Assembly (NCBI GenBank): GCA_963813535.1
Contig: CAWEZH010000002.1
Location: 1,664,001 to 1,728,000, forward strand
Length of the DNA: 64,000 bases
Reading direction: 5' to 3'
Origin: an uncultured Chloroflexia bacterium
GTDB taxonomy: Bacteria; Chloroflexota; Limnocylindria; Limnocylindrales; CSP1-4
In this document: positions 51,849 to 62,553 of the stretch, one piece after another
Position numbering within the stretch: position 1 is the stretch's first letter
Layout of the letters: the number at the start of each line of letters is the position of its first letter
Program-made: the position numbers and the translations under genes
The notes under the pieces: model-generated
Database searches by the model: none
Told to the model about the DNA's origin: nothing
What the model saw: only the letters and a program-made list of their open reading frames with translations

Positions 51849-53704
51849 GCGTCGTCCTTGAGGATCCGCTCCGCCTCGTCGACGATCTCGCCGATTCGGA
51901 ACGGCTTGCCGCGCACGCGGTCGTAGCCGATCGCATCGACCAGGAACCGGGCGCGGATGAGGAGGAGCAGCTGCCCGAGGTTGACCTCCGGGATGAGCAC
52001 CTTGCGATAGCTCCGGACGACGGCCTCGGTGTTCTCGGGGAACGGGTTGAGGTGGCGGAGATGGGCGTGCGCGACGCTCTGCCCCTCGGCCTGCATGCGC
52101 TCGACAGCCGACCGGATGGCACCGTACGTCGACCCCCACCCCAGGATCAGCAGCTCGCCGCTGGATGGACCGAACACCTCGAGTGGCGTGATGTCCTTCG
52201 CGATGCCGGCGACCTTTGCGGCCCGCAGCGTCTGCATCAGGTGATGGTTGTCCGGGTCGTAGCTGACGTTCCCGGTGATATCGGCCTTCTCGAGTCCGCC
52301 GATGCGGTGCTCCAGACCAGCCGTGCCCGGGACGGCCCACGGTCGGGCGAGCGTCTCGGGATCGCGCAGGTACGGATGGAACGGGCCGTCACCCTTGATC
52401 GCGTTCTCGACGGCGATGCTCGGCAGATCGCCGAGCGTCGGGATCCGCCACGGCTCCGACCCTGTCGCAAGGAACGCGTCCGACAGGTAGACCACGGGCG
52501 TCATGTATTTCAGGGCGAGACGCGCGGCCTCGATGGCGTAGTCGAAGCATTCGCCCGGCGTCGCCGGGGCGACCACCGGCAGGGGCGAGTCCGAGTTGCG
52601 TCCGAACATGACCTGCAGCAGGTCGGCCTGCTCGTTCTTGGTGGGCATGCCGGTCGACGGCCCAGCGCGCTGCACGTCGATCACGACGAGTGGCAACTCG
52701 ACCATCACGGCCAGCCCGAGCGCTTCGCTCTTGAGCGCGATGCCCGGCCCTGAACTCGCGGTCAGGCCCAGGGCGCCGCCGTAGCTCGCGCCGATGGCGG
52801 CACCGATCGCCGCGATCTCGTCCTCGGCCTGGAATGTCTTGACACCGAACGTCTTGTACCCGGACAGCTGGTGGAGGATGTCCGAGGCCGGGGTGATCGG
52901 ATAGGAGCCGTAGAACAGCGGCCGATCGGACAGCTTCGAGGCCGCCAGGAACCCGAGCGCCGTCGCCTCGTTGCCCGTGATGTTCCGGTACGTGCCGGGC
53001 GGCAGCTTCGCCGGCCGCACACGGTAGTGGGTGTGGAACATCTCGGTCGTCTCGCCGTACGCGTAGCCCGCGCGAAGCGCGCGCTTGTTCGCATCGGCGA
53101 TGACCGGGCGGGCCGAGAACTTCGAGTCGACCCACTGGAGCGTCGGATCCATGCTTCGCTCGTACAGCCAGAACATGAGACCTAGAGCGAAGAAGTTCTT
53201 CGTGAGGTCCTTCTGCTTGGTGGTCATGTCGAGGCCGTCGAGCGAGCGCTCGTTGAGCGCCGAGATCGGCACCTCGAACACGGTGAAGGGCTTGAGGGAC
53301 CCATCCGTCAGCGGGTTCGATGCGTATGCGGCCTTGTTCAGGTTCGCCTGCGTGAACGCATCGCTGTTGACGATGAGCGCGCCACCGGCCGGCAGGTCGC
53401 CGACGTTCGTCTTGAGCGCGGCCGGGTTCATGGCCACCAGCACGTCCGGCTGGTCGCCCGGCGTATGGATGTCGGTCGAGCTGAAGCTGATCTGGAACCC
53501 GCTGACACCCGGCAGCGAGCCCGCCGGTGCGCGGATCTCCGCGGGGAAGTCCGGCAGGGTGCTGATGTCGTTGCCGAAGACCGCGGCCGTCCGCGTGAAC
53601 TGGGTTCCGGTGAGCTGCATGCCATCACCGGAATCGCCGGCGAAGCGGATGGTGACCCGCTCGAGCTCCTGGACGGCGAGCTCCGGCTCCTTGGTGGTCG
53701 TCAT
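51845..53704 (-). CDS. korA: 2-oxoacid:ferredoxin oxidoreductase alpha subunit (gamma-alpha fusion)
   Basis: [40 protein letters not shown]. Confidence 0.93.
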   Translation of the reverse strand: MTTTKEPELAVQELERVTIRFAGDSGDGMQLTGTQFTRTAAVFGNDISTLPDFPAEIRAPAGSLPGVSGFQISFSSTDIHTPGDQPDVLVAMNPAALKTNVGDLPAGGALIVNSDAFTQANLNKAAYASNPLTDGSLKPFTVFEVPISALNERSLDGLDMTTKQKDLTKNFFALGLMFWLYERSMDPTLQWVDSKFSARPVIADANKRALRAGYAYGETTEMFHTHYRVRPAKLPPGTYRNITGNEATALGFLAASKLSDRPLFYGSYPITPASDILHQLSGYKTFGVKTFQAEDEIAAIGAAIGASYGGALGLTASSGPGIALKSEALGLAVMVELPLVVIDVQRAGPSTGMPTKNEQADLLQVMFGRNSDSPLPVVAPATPGECFDYAIEAARLALKYMTPVVYLSDAFLATGSEPWRIPTLGDLPSIAVENAIKGDGPFHPYLRDPETLARPWAVPGTAGLEHRIGGLEKADITGNVSYDPDNHHLMQTLRAAKVAGIAKDITPLEVFGPSSGELLILGWGSTYGAIRSAVERMQAEGQSVAHAHLRHLNPFPENTEAVVRSYRKVLIPEVNLGQLLLLIRARFLVDAIGYDRVRGKPFRIGEIVDEAERILKDDA

Positions 53705-54201
53705 CCGCCTTCGGCTTGCCTCATGCGCTGGTGCGGTCGGGGCGGGAGGTTGAGCAGCTCTTCGGGGAAGGATTCCGCGAGGTACTTGATGATGTCGACC
53801 TGGCGGACCACGCCGACCAGCCGGCGGTGATCGTCGACGATCGGGACGTTCCGATAGCGACCGGTCTGCATCAGCTCGATCGCGTCTCGGATGGTCTGGT
53901 CGAGGTCGAGCGTGCGCGGTTCGGTGGTCATCAGCGTCTCGACCGGCTGGGTCAGATCGACGTGGCCGACCACGATTCGGGTGAAGATGTCGCGCTCGGT
54001 CAGGACACCGACCAGCACACCGGATCGGTCGCACACGAACACCGAATCGCCCGTCCCGGTCCGCTGGATCGCGCGGAGGCACTCGGCAAGGCTCGTCCCC
54101 GGCGGGACGGTCACGGGCTGGCGGCGGCTGAGCACGCGAAGCCGCACATCGGTCAGTGTCGGGACGCGACGGGCGACCGCGCCCTCGGTGAGGTCGGTCA
54201 C
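53701..54201 (-). CDS. CBS domain protein
   Basis: [32 protein letters not shown] overlap with korA. Confidence 0.88.
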   Translation of the reverse strand: MTDLTEGAVARRVPTLTDVRLRVLSRRQPVTVPPGTSLAECLRAIQRTGTGDSVFVCDRSGVLVGVLTERDIFTRIVVGHVDLTQPVETLMTTEPRTLDLDQTIRDAIELMQTGRYRNVPIVDDHRRLVGVVRQVDIIKYLAESFPEELLNLPPRPHQRMRQAEGG

Positions 54202-54260
54202 ACGGGAAAGTGTAGTCCGTCGCCGCGCCTGACGGGTTCGGACTGATAGCCTCGGGACCG

Positions 54261-55244
54261 ATGGATCGACGCACGGCCACGGGCATCGGACTGGTCGTGG
54301 TGTCGTCCGCGGGGTACGGCTCCGGGAGCGTGCTGGCCGCCCCGATCTATGCCACCGGGTTGGACTGGCTGACGCTGGTCGAATGGCGGTTCCTCATCGG
54401 CGCGGCGCTCGGGTGGATCTGGGTCCTGGTATCGCGGGAGCGGCGGGGAGCGCTGGCACGCATGCCGCGTCGCCAGCTCGGCGTGGCCCTGGCACTCGGT
54501 GCGCTGTTTACCGGCAATGCGGGCACCTACTACGCGGGGCTGGAGACCGTGCCGGCGGCGCTCGCCGGTGTCCTCGTCTACACGTATCCCGTGATCGTCG
54601 CAGTGCTGTCGCTGCGGTTCGCGACGCGGTTGCCCGGCCGCCGGCCGTGGATCGCCCTCGCCCTCGCGGTCGTCGGCTCCGTGCTGGCACTCGGCGGGAT
54701 CGACGTCGACGCCGCGCCACCCATCAGCGGGCTGCTATTGATCTGGGCATCGGCGCTGATCTACTCGGTGTGGATCATCCTGTCGGCTCGGTTGTCCGGG
54801 GAACGACGCGATCGACTGGGGAGCGACGCGCCAGAGGCGGCCGAGCCAGCGGGGGACGCCGCCGTGACCACGGCCGTGATGATGAGTGCCACGGCCGCGG
54901 TGTACGCGGTGGCCGGAGGGCTCGTCGGACGGCCGCTCGATCCGCGGACCGTCCCTGCCGACGCGTGGCCGCTGCTGCTGGCCGTTGGGCTCGTGGCGTC
55001 GTTCCTGGCGATCCAGGCGTTCTACGCGGGTGCTCGGCGGATCGGAGCGGCGAAGGCTGCGCTCATCAGCACGGTCGAGCCGCCGATCATCGTCGTGCTC
55101 GCCTTTCTGTTCCTCGGCCAGACGCTCGCGCCGATCCAGCTCGCCGGCGCGGCCTTGATCCTGATCGCGGTGATCGTGGCCCAGACCTCGCCGCGCCCGC
55201 ATGGAGCGCCGGAACCGGCGACTCCCCTGGAGGCGGAGGTCTAG
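54261..55244 (+). CDS. DMT/EamA family transporter
   Basis: About 10 TM helices, [18 protein letters not shown]. Confidence 0.9.
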   Translation: MDRRTATGIGLVVVSSAGYGSGSVLAAPIYATGLDWLTLVEWRFLIGAALGWIWVLVSRERRGALARMPRRQLGVALALGALFTGNAGTYYAGLETVPAALAGVLVYTYPVIVAVLSLRFATRLPGRRPWIALALAVVGSVLALGGIDVDAAPPISGLLLIWASALIYSVWIILSARLSGERRDRLGSDAPEAAEPAGDAAVTTAVMMSATAAVYAVAGGLVGRPLDPRTVPADAWPLLLAVGLVASFLAIQAFYAGARRIGAAKAALISTVEPPIIVVLAFLFLGQTLAPIQLAGAALILIAVIVAQTSPRPHGAPEPATPLEAEV

Positions 55245-55268
55245 GGTCCGGGGGCGGGACGTGCGCGG

Positions 55269-56090
55269 CTAGACGGGCCGGCCGGCCGCTTGGAGCATCG
55301 CCCGGGCGCCGGTCGACACGAAGGATCCCTCCGAGCCGAGCCCGATGAACCGGAACCCGAGCTCGAGCAACGGCGGCAGTGCCGCTGCGTCGTAGATGAG
55401 GATGCCGGCCGCCTTGCCGTGTTCGCGGCACGCCTCGACCACGGTCCGCAGCGCGTCCTGGTAGCGAGGTTCGTCGAAGCGTCCCGGGATGCCCAGGCTG
55501 TGCGTCAAGTCGGCCGGGCCGACGAACAGCACATCGACCTCGTCGAGTGCCGCGATCCGGTCGGCGTCGGCCACGGTCCCAGCCGACTCGATCTGGACGA
55601 TGCCGACGATCCGCTGGTTCACGGCCTGCGCCACATCAGCGTGGCCGAGTGCCCCCATGCCGGCACCCCGCGTCCGGAGCGCGACGCCCCGCTGACCGGT
55701 CGGCGGATAGCGGAGGTATTCGACCGCTGTCCGCACGTCATCGATCGACTTGAGCTGCGGCAGCATGATGCCGTCTGCCCCGAGGTCGAGCGCCCGACCG
55801 ACGCGCAACCGCTCCGCCGACTGCGGCCGGACGATCGCGGCCATCGGCGTCGTGCCCACCGCGTACAGCAACGCGAGCAGGTCGGCCTCGGTCGACGCGC
55901 CGTGCTCCAGGTCGAGGACGGTCCAGTCGAAGCCGGCCCGTCCGGACAGCTCGGCCGCCATCGGTGAAGCGAGATCGGAGAAGACGCCGATGAGCGTCTC
56001 CCCGGCACGGATCCGTGCGCGTAGGTCGGCCATCAGGTGATGATGCCGGGTCCACGTGTTCGGCGTGAGCTCGTCCGGCGTGGCGGCCAC
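55269..56090 (-). CDS. HpcH/HpaI aldolase family protein
   Basis: GFDWTVLDLEHG, YPPTGQRG, VQIES, LFVGPADL. Confidence 0.92.
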   Translation of the reverse strand: MAATPDELTPNTWTRHHHLMADLRARIRAGETLIGVFSDLASPMAAELSGRAGFDWTVLDLEHGASTEADLLALLYAVGTTPMAAIVRPQSAERLRVGRALDLGADGIMLPQLKSIDDVRTAVEYLRYPPTGQRGVALRTRGAGMGALGHADVAQAVNQRIVGIVQIESAGTVADADRIAALDEVDVLFVGPADLTHSLGIPGRFDEPRYQDALRTVVEACREHGKAAGILIYDAAALPPLLELGFRFIGLGSEGSFVSTGARAMLQAAGRPV

Positions 56091-56114
56091 GGCCGGTCTG
56101 AGACCGATCCGCGG

Positions 56115-57128
56115 TCAGGAGCCGTTGACGAGCCCTGTCGTGTCGACCACCTCGAGGTCGCGACCTGTGATGACGTCGAGCTCGTGCATCACGTCGTCGT
56201 CGAACCGCGAGTCGCTCATCCCGCCGATGTACCAGGGAGAGCCGTTGTCCGCCAGGATCATGCCGTAGCGCTTAAGGGCGTCCGCGATCACCCGGGCGTG
56301 CGGCGAGAAGTCACTCGTGTCGTAGCCGGCCTTGAGCCGGACGCGAAGGCCCATCGGCGGCAACGTGGTCGAGGTCGACTCGCCCGCCTGGTGGCGCGCA
56401 GGGTAGATGTACTGCTTGCGCGTGCGGTTCGTCGTGAAGCGCAGCGCGTGGTTGATCGCCCCCGCGGCGACTTCGTCATACCGGACGAGACCGGGCAGGA
56501 TCGGCAGCCCGGCGGCGTCGGCGCTGGTCCAGCCGGCCGGTCGCAGCGCGTTGGTGCGCATGTCCCACGTCGCTCCGCTGCCCGCGTACCACTGGCCGCC
56601 CGATCGGTGGGCGGCGAACAGCTCGTAGAGGCGGCAGGCGTCTCGGTCGACCATGAGGATGTGGCGGTCGCCGCTTGCTCCGGCACCGCCTTCGATCAGC
56701 GGGTTGGCCGGGATCGGGTAGCCGACCTGGTCCGACTCATCGTCGTACTCGAAGCTGACCGTCGACCTGGGCGTCGCCGAGGTCACGACCTGGTATGGGA
56801 TGCCGTACCCGGCGTACGAGCCGAAGTCCATGTGGAGCCCACGCGTCAGGCCGATGGCACTGATCATCGTCGAGGAGTTCGAGGCGGATGCTCGGTCGTC
56901 GATCCGGCGGTTCCAGACATTCGATGCCGGAAAGACGAAGCAGCCCGGAGCGGCGGGGAGTGTCGGGCCGGGAGGCACGGGTCGACGCGAAGACGCCCGC
57001 GGATCGATCGGTCGCGGGGACGCCGGCGGACGAGGGCCGGGTGCCCACGCGTCGACCGGCGTGGCGCCGGACATCGAGCCGACCAGGATGGCGCACAGCG
57101 CGATGCCAAGCGCACGTCGCAGATGCAT
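56115..57128 (-). CDS. Secreted protein of unknown function
   Basis: Signal peptide, Pro linker, globular domain (GDRH, LYEL, AAGLPILPGL, HALRFT, YGMILADNG). Confidence 0.78.
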   Translation of the reverse strand: MHLRRALGIALCAILVGSMSGATPVDAWAPGPRPPASPRPIDPRASSRRPVPPGPTLPAAPGCFVFPASNVWNRRIDDRASASNSSTMISAIGLTRGLHMDFGSYAGYGIPYQVVTSATPRSTVSFEYDDESDQVGYPIPANPLIEGGAGASGDRHILMVDRDACRLYELFAAHRSGGQWYAGSGATWDMRTNALRPAGWTSADAAGLPILPGLVRYDEVAAGAINHALRFTTNRTRKQYIYPARHQAGESTSTTLPPMGLRVRLKAGYDTSDFSPHARVIADALKRYGMILADNGSPWYIGGMSDSRFDDDVMHELDVITGRDLEVVDTTGLVNGS

Positions 57129-57240
57129 GCCGGGAGCGTGGCCGGCACCGGCGCGTGGCGGACCTCCCCACTCGTTCACCCAAGCTCGCCGCAGGTCCGG
57201 TTCCGGCGCGCACCGGTCGGACGGCAGCCCGACATACCCG

Positions 57241-58464
57241 TCAGTCGGGGAACGCCTCCGGGCCACGCTCCGCGAGCTCGGAGGCTTCCCTCGCGTGGTC
57301 CTCGGCGGGCAGCCAGCTGAACGGGTAGCGCCCGTCGTCGAGGTCCATCGCCGCCTGCGTGACGTGGAGCGGGTGGAAGGTATCGACCATGACCGCCAGC
57401 TCCTCGGTGGCCTCCTTGCCGATCGAGGCCTCGACCGTGCCCGGATGTGGCCCGTGCGGGATCCCCGCCGGATGGAGCGTGAACGACGCGATCTCCACCC
57501 CGCGCCGGCTCATGAAGTTGCCCGCCACGTAGTAGATGACCTCGTCCGAGTTGATGTTCGAGTGGTTGTACGGCGCCGGGATCGCGAGGGGGTGGTAGTC
57601 GAACTTGCGGGGCACGAACGAGCACACGACGAAGTTGCGTGCCTGGAAGGTCTGGTGGACCGGCGGCGGCTGGTGGACGCGCCCGGTGATCGGCTGGAAA
57701 TCCGCGATGTTGAAGCGGAACGGCCACAGGTAGCCATCCCAACCGACCAGGTCGAACGGGTGGTGGCGATAGACATAGGCGGTGATCCGGTCGGCCGACC
57801 GGACGTGGATCGTGAACTCGCCCTCGTCGTCACGCGGCGCGACCTCAGTGGGCGCATGGATGTCGCGCTGCGAGTACGGCGCGTGCTCGAGCAGCTGACC
57901 GTAGTCGTTGCGGTACCGCTTGGGGGGCTCGATCTCGGACGGCGCCTCGAGGTACAGGATCCGCTGGACGGACCCCTCGTTCGGATCGAGCCGCCAGGTC
58001 GTCCCGATCGGCAGGACGAGGTAGTCGCCCGGGCCATACGTGAGCGGCCCGAAGATCGTGTCGCAGAGGCCCGTCCCCTCGTGGACGAACAGCATCTCGT
58101 CGGCGATCCCGTTGCGGTAGAAGACGCCGTCGGGCATCGGCCCCGAGGGCCGCACGACACCGAACACGACGTCGTTGTTGAAGTAGAGCGGGATCCGGCC
58201 GGTCACGACGTCACCGGTGGGCTCGATCGCGCCCGTCTTCGTCAGTCGATGTCGGTGGAGACCGTCGTCGGCGGCCTCGAGGTGCACCCGCGATACGGGT
58301 TCGATGCGGTGCGTCCGCGTCGGCGGGGTCACGTGATAGAGCAGCGACGATCGCCCCGTGAAGCCTTCGACGCCGAATAGCTCCTCGGCGTAGAGCGCAC
58401 CGTCCGCCGAACGGAGCTGGGTGTGGCGCTGCTGGGGCACGTTACCGTGCTGGACGTAGTACAT
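57241..58464 (-). CDS. hmgA: Homogentisate 1,2-dioxygenase
   Basis: EELFGVEGF, HHPFDLVGWDG, HQPPPVH, PYNHSN, DEVIYY, LHPAGIPHGP, VMVDTF. Confidence 0.92.
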   Translation of the reverse strand: MYYVQHGNVPQQRHTQLRSADGALYAEELFGVEGFTGRSSLLYHVTPPTRTHRIEPVSRVHLEAADDGLHRHRLTKTGAIEPTGDVVTGRIPLYFNNDVVFGVVRPSGPMPDGVFYRNGIADEMLFVHEGTGLCDTIFGPLTYGPGDYLVLPIGTTWRLDPNEGSVQRILYLEAPSEIEPPKRYRNDYGQLLEHAPYSQRDIHAPTEVAPRDDEGEFTIHVRSADRITAYVYRHHPFDLVGWDGYLWPFRFNIADFQPITGRVHQPPPVHQTFQARNFVVCSFVPRKFDYHPLAIPAPYNHSNINSDEVIYYVAGNFMSRRGVEIASFTLHPAGIPHGPHPGTVEASIGKEATEELAVMVDTFHPLHVTQAAMDLDDGRYPFSWLPAEDHAREASELAERGPEAFPD

Positions 58465-58470
58465 GAAATC

Positions 58471-58502
58471 GACTGGCCTCCTCGATCCCGAGGAGGCCAG
58501 TC
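58471..58502. promoter_or_regulatory. Perfect 14-bp inverted repeat covering the hmgA SD and putative -10 box
   Basis: GACTGGCCTCCTCG-ATCC-CGAGGAGGCCAGTC. Confidence 0.65.
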
Positions 58503-58718
58503 TAGGTGCCGAGGGTGGTTACGGGGTCGGCGTGACACCGAACGCTCAGTCGGTCATGTCAAGGGCGATGGACCGACCGTCTAAAGGGTCCTCCCGTAGC
58601 CGGTGCAGAAATAAAGGGTCCGGTGCGGCGAAGATCGGTCGCTCGGTCGATGGCACGGGCCTCGTTCGAACCTACGGTAGACGCATCGCATCAACGACCT
58701 TGGGAAGGAGCCACAGCG

Positions 58719-58901
58719 ATGCTCGCCGATCTCGAATTCAAGTTCAACCAGCACGAAGAGACCATCCGCCGAGCCGAGTCGAACGCCCGCCTGATGGAGG
58801 CGTTGACGCCGCATCGTGCGACGTCCGACCAGGAGCGTCCGCAGCGCCGACTGTCGACCCTCCTACGACGCCTCGCCGGGACGGCGTACACGGCCGCCTG
58901 A
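58719..58901 (+). CDS. Small hypothetical protein (60 aa) upstream of the LuxR-STAND gene
   Basis: SD GAAGGAG, sequence MLADLEFKFNQHEETIRRAE... Confidence 0.65.
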   Translation: MLADLEFKFNQHEETIRRAESNARLMEALTPHRATSDQERPQRRLSTLLRRLAGTAYTAA

Positions 58902-58939
58902 TCGACCTCGAGACCGGACGAGGCGGTCGCTCTCGTACC

Positions 58940-61900
58940 ATGGAAGCCGTGGCAACACGGGTCGCCAGCCCCGAGTTCATCGGGCGCCGGCGCGAGCTCG
59001 GATCCCTCACGGACGCGGTGGTGCGCGGCACTGCCGGTGACGCCGTCGTCGCGCTCGTCGGCGGTGATGCCGGCATGGGCAAGTCGCGGCTCGTCGCGGA
59101 AGTCGCGGTCGCGGCCCGAGAACGCGGCTGGCTGGTGCTGGAGGGCGGCTGCGTCTCACTCGGCAATGGCGAGGGGCTGCCGTTCGCACCGATCGTCGAG
59201 GCGCTCCGCCGCCTGCCAGGGATGATCGCCGCCGGTCAGGCCGGCCCCATTCACGATATCGACGAGCTGCGGATGCTCGAGACGAGCGATCTTGGCCGGC
59301 TGGTGCCCGAACTGGGTGCCGTCGCTGCGCCCGATCCCGACGTGTTCGATCGACCCGGCTGGGTCCAGGCACGGATCTTCGAAGGGCTGCTCGTGCTCCT
59401 GCGATCGCTCGGCGAGCGCGTCCCGGTCCTCCTGGTCGTCGAGGACCTGCACTGGTCCGACAGCTCCACCCGTGACGTGCTGTCCTTCCTCGCCCGGAAC
59501 GCGCGGACCGAGCGCCTGGCCGTCATCGGTACCTACCGCACCGATGAGCTGAACCGGCGACACCCGCTCCGGCCGTGGCTGTCCGAGATGGAGCGCCTAC
59601 CCAGGGTCGTCCGAATCGAGATCGGCCGGTTCGGTCGCTCGGACCTCGACGCGCAGATCGGCGCGATCCTCGGCCAACGCCCAAGCCTCGAGATGCTCGA
59701 GGCGATCGAGCGTCGCGCGGAGGGCAATCCGTTCTTCGTTGAAGAGCTGCTGGCGTCGGGTGCCGGCGCCCCCGGCGACGGTCTGCCGCCGACGCTTCGG
59801 GACGTCCTGATGACACGCGTCACGGCGCTGTCGGAGGACGCCCAGCGGATCCTCGGGGTGGCCGCAGTGGCCGGGCGGACGGTGGAGCCGGACCTGTTGG
59901 CCGAGATCGCCGGAGCCGCCGAGACCGACATCGAAGGGCCGCTGCGGGAGGCCGTTGCGGCGCAGATCCTCACGATCGACGCACAGAACCGCCCGGACGC
60001 CTATCGGTTCAGGCATGCCCTCCTTGCAGAGGCCGTGTACGACGACCTGCTCCCGAGCGAGCGGCGGCGGCTGCATGCCGCGTACGCCGCCGCGCTGGAC
60101 GCGCGACCCGTCCCGAGCGGTGCCGAGGGCGCGAGCCGACTCGCGTCACTCGCGCATCACGCGACGGCGGCACACGAACCTGTCGTGGCGCTCCGGGCAT
60201 GGGTTCGCGCAGCCCGCGCCGCCGCCGGATCACATGCCTTTGCCGAAGCCAGCCGCGCGTACGAGCGAGCCATCGAGCTGTGGGATGCCGTGCCGGCGGA
60301 CGATCGGCCCGGCGATGCGGACGCGGCGGCGCTCTACCACGAAGGCGCCCTCGCGGCGATGATCAGCGGGCGCAACGCGAGGGCCGCCGATCTGGCGCGG
60401 GCCGCCGTCGATCGACTCGACCCCGAGACCCAGTTGGAGCGGTGGGCGGCTGCCAACGAGCGCCTTGCTCGAGCGGTCTGGATCTCGGGGGGCATGGACG
60501 AGGGCCTCGCTCGACTCGAGTCCACCGCAGCCATCCTGGCGCCCGGCGACCCGTCTCCGATGCGGGCCAGGATCCTCGCCGCGATCGCCGGTGCGCACAT
60601 GCTGCAGGGCGACCATCCGAGGGCACTGGAGGTTGCCAGGTCCGCGATCGACGAGTCCCGCGCCACAGGCGCACGCCTGTCAGAAGCGCACGCGCTCAAC
60701 ACCCTCGGCACGAGTACGGCCTTGCTGGGCGACTGCGAGGAAGGGCTTCGGACCTTGCGGGACGCATTCGAGCTGACGAACGAACTCAACGACGTCGATG
60801 ACCGCGGTCGGTCGTTCGCCAATCTCAGTTCCACGTTGCTCGTCTGCGGAGCCGGCGAGGAGAGTCTCCGCGTCTCGCTCGATGGGGTGGCGTGGGCGCG
60901 GGGCGTCGGGGCCACCAACGGCTATGGGCGATTCATCGCCGGGAATGCGATCGATGCCGCTGTCCAGCTTGGTCGATGGGACCGGGCGGAGGAGTTGGTC
61001 GACGAGCTGCTGGCCGGCGACCCGGAGGGCGCGAACCGGATCAGCATGATCAGCAACGTCGGCCCGCTGTACGCACGGCGTGGCCGGGCGGCCGACGCGG
61101 AACGGCTGCTGGCCGAGGGCAAGACCTTCGTCGACTCGCTCCTCGAGGCGCAGTTCACCGGTCCCGTTCATGTCGGCCTCGTCGAGTTGGCATTGGCGAC
61201 AGGTCGCATCGGCGACGCCGCCGCGACAGCGGCGGATGGCATCGCACGGTTGAACCGAACGAGGGACCGCTTCTACCAGAGCGAGCTGCGGGCGCTGGGC
61301 GCCCGGGCCGAGGCGGATCGCGCCGAGCTGACACGGGCCGGGCGCGATACGGCGACCGCGGCCGAGGCCGCCGCCGTCGCGGCCGGATATCGCGACGAAC
61401 TCCACGGCTGGGTGGCCGAAATGCCCCGCCCGGACGCGTACGGCGGGTCCCTCGCCGCGGATGCGGCGCAGGCCGCCGCGGAAGCCCGTCGAGCGGACGG
61501 CGTCGCGGACCCGGCCGCATGGCAGGCGGCCGTCCAGGCTGCCGACCGAGCCGTCTCCGCATGGCGCCAGGCGTATGTGCGATATCGCGCTGCGGAGGCG
61601 CTGCTCGGCGCCCGGGCGCCCCGCCGGGATGCGGCGGCCGAACTGGGCGATGCCGCGGCCCGCGCGACGGCTCTCGGTGCTGAGCCGCTCCTCGGGTGGA
61701 TCGAGGCCCTCGCTCGACGGTCACGGATCGAGATCCCGACCGCACAGCCTTCAGCCGAGCTCGACACACCCGCGATACCGGAGCCACCGGCCGACGACCA
61801 CGGTCTGACCGCACGCGAGCGCGAGGTCCTGGCATTGCTCGTCGAGGGCGATACCAACCGCCGCATCGCCGAGCAGCTGTTCATCAGCGAGAGCACGGCC

Positions 61901-61993
61901 GGCGTCCATGTCTCGAACATCCTCGGCAAGCTGGGCGTGACGTCCCGGACCGAGGCGGCGACTGTGGCGGCCCGGCTCGGGCTGGTCGACTAG
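58940..61993 (+). CDS. Large ATP-binding LuxR-family regulator (AAA/STAND, TPR-like region, LuxR HTH)
   Basis: FIGRRREL, GDAGMGKS, VVEDLHW, GNPFF, FRHAL, LTAREREVL...HVSNILGKLG. Alternative GTG start at 58949. Confidence 0.94.
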   Translation: MEAVATRVASPEFIGRRRELGSLTDAVVRGTAGDAVVALVGGDAGMGKSRLVAEVAVAARERGWLVLEGGCVSLGNGEGLPFAPIVEALRRLPGMIAAGQAGPIHDIDELRMLETSDLGRLVPELGAVAAPDPDVFDRPGWVQARIFEGLLVLLRSLGERVPVLLVVEDLHWSDSSTRDVLSFLARNARTERLAVIGTYRTDELNRRHPLRPWLSEMERLPRVVRIEIGRFGRSDLDAQIGAILGQRPSLEMLEAIERRAEGNPFFVEELLASGAGAPGDGLPPTLRDVLMTRVTALSEDAQRILGVAAVAGRTVEPDLLAEIAGAAETDIEGPLREAVAAQILTIDAQNRPDAYRFRHALLAEAVYDDLLPSERRRLHAAYAAALDARPVPSGAEGASRLASLAHHATAAHEPVVALRAWVRAARAAAGSHAFAEASRAYERAIELWDAVPADDRPGDADAAALYHEGALAAMISGRNARAADLARAAVDRLDPETQLERWAAANERLARAVWISGGMDEGLARLESTAAILAPGDPSPMRARILAAIAGAHMLQGDHPRALEVARSAIDESRATGARLSEAHALNTLGTSTALLGDCEEGLRTLRDAFELTNELNDVDDRGRSFANLSSTLLVCGAGEESLRVSLDGVAWARGVGATNGYGRFIAGNAIDAAVQLGRWDRAEELVDELLAGDPEGANRISMISNVGPLYARRGRAADAERLLAEGKTFVDSLLEAQFTGPVHVGLVELALATGRIGDAAATAADGIARLNRTRDRFYQSELRALGARAEADRAELTRAGRDTATAAEAAAVAAGYRDELHGWVAEMPRPDAYGGSLAADAAQAAAEARRADGVADPAAWQAAVQAADRAVSAWRQAYVRYRAAEALLGARAPRRDAAAELGDAAARATALGAEPLLGWIEALARRSRIEIPTAQPSAELDTPAIPEPPADDHGLTAREREVLALLVEGDTNRRIAEQLFISESTAGVHVSNILGKLGVTSRTEAATVAARLGLVD

Positions 61994-62009
61994 GCTGGGC
62001 CGACGGCCG

Positions 62010-62525
62010 TCACGTCCCGACGCGACCGCTTCGGCGCTCCATCAGCACCACGTCGCGCCATCGTCCGCTGCCGTCGCGGCCCATCCCGCGCATGACGCCG
62101 ACGCGTTCGAATCCGCACCGTCCGTGGAGAGCGAGGCTCGCCTCGTTCTCGACCATGATCCCGGCCAGGAGCGTCCAGAACCCCGCGGCCTCGGATGCCG
62201 GGGCGAGCGCTTCGAGCAGGGCGCGCCCGATGCCGTGGCCCCGTTCAGCCTGCGCGACATAGACGCTCTCCCAGGCGACGCCGCTGTAGACGCGCCGCGC
62301 CGAGTACGCCGTCAGGGCGACCCAGCCGACCGCCGGACCCCCTGGCTCGAGACGGGCGACCAAGCGGCAATCGCGCCGGTGCGAGCGGTCGAAATGGTCC
62401 CAATCCGGCGCCTCGCGTTCGAGCGTGGCGTCGCCGGTGGCGATCCCGTCGGCATAGATCCGATGGACCGCCGGCCAGTCGGCCGGCTCCATCGGCTCGA
62501 CGCGGACAGCCTGACGGCGGGGCAC
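62010..62525 (-). CDS. GNAT N-acetyltransferase (Pat/YncA-like)
   Basis: IYADGI, ATLE, ESVYV, RGHGIGRAL, NEASLALH, WRDV. Start uncertain (62492-62525). Confidence 0.9.
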   Translation of the reverse strand: MPRRQAVRVEPMEPADWPAVHRIYADGIATGDATLEREAPDWDHFDRSHRRDCRLVARLEPGGPAVGWVALTAYSARRVYSGVAWESVYVAQAERGHGIGRALLEALAPASEAAGFWTLLAGIMVENEASLALHGRCGFERVGVMRGMGRDGSGRWRDVVLMERRSGRVGT

Positions 62526-62553
62526 GGCCGCATCATCGCACCGGGCCGGACCC

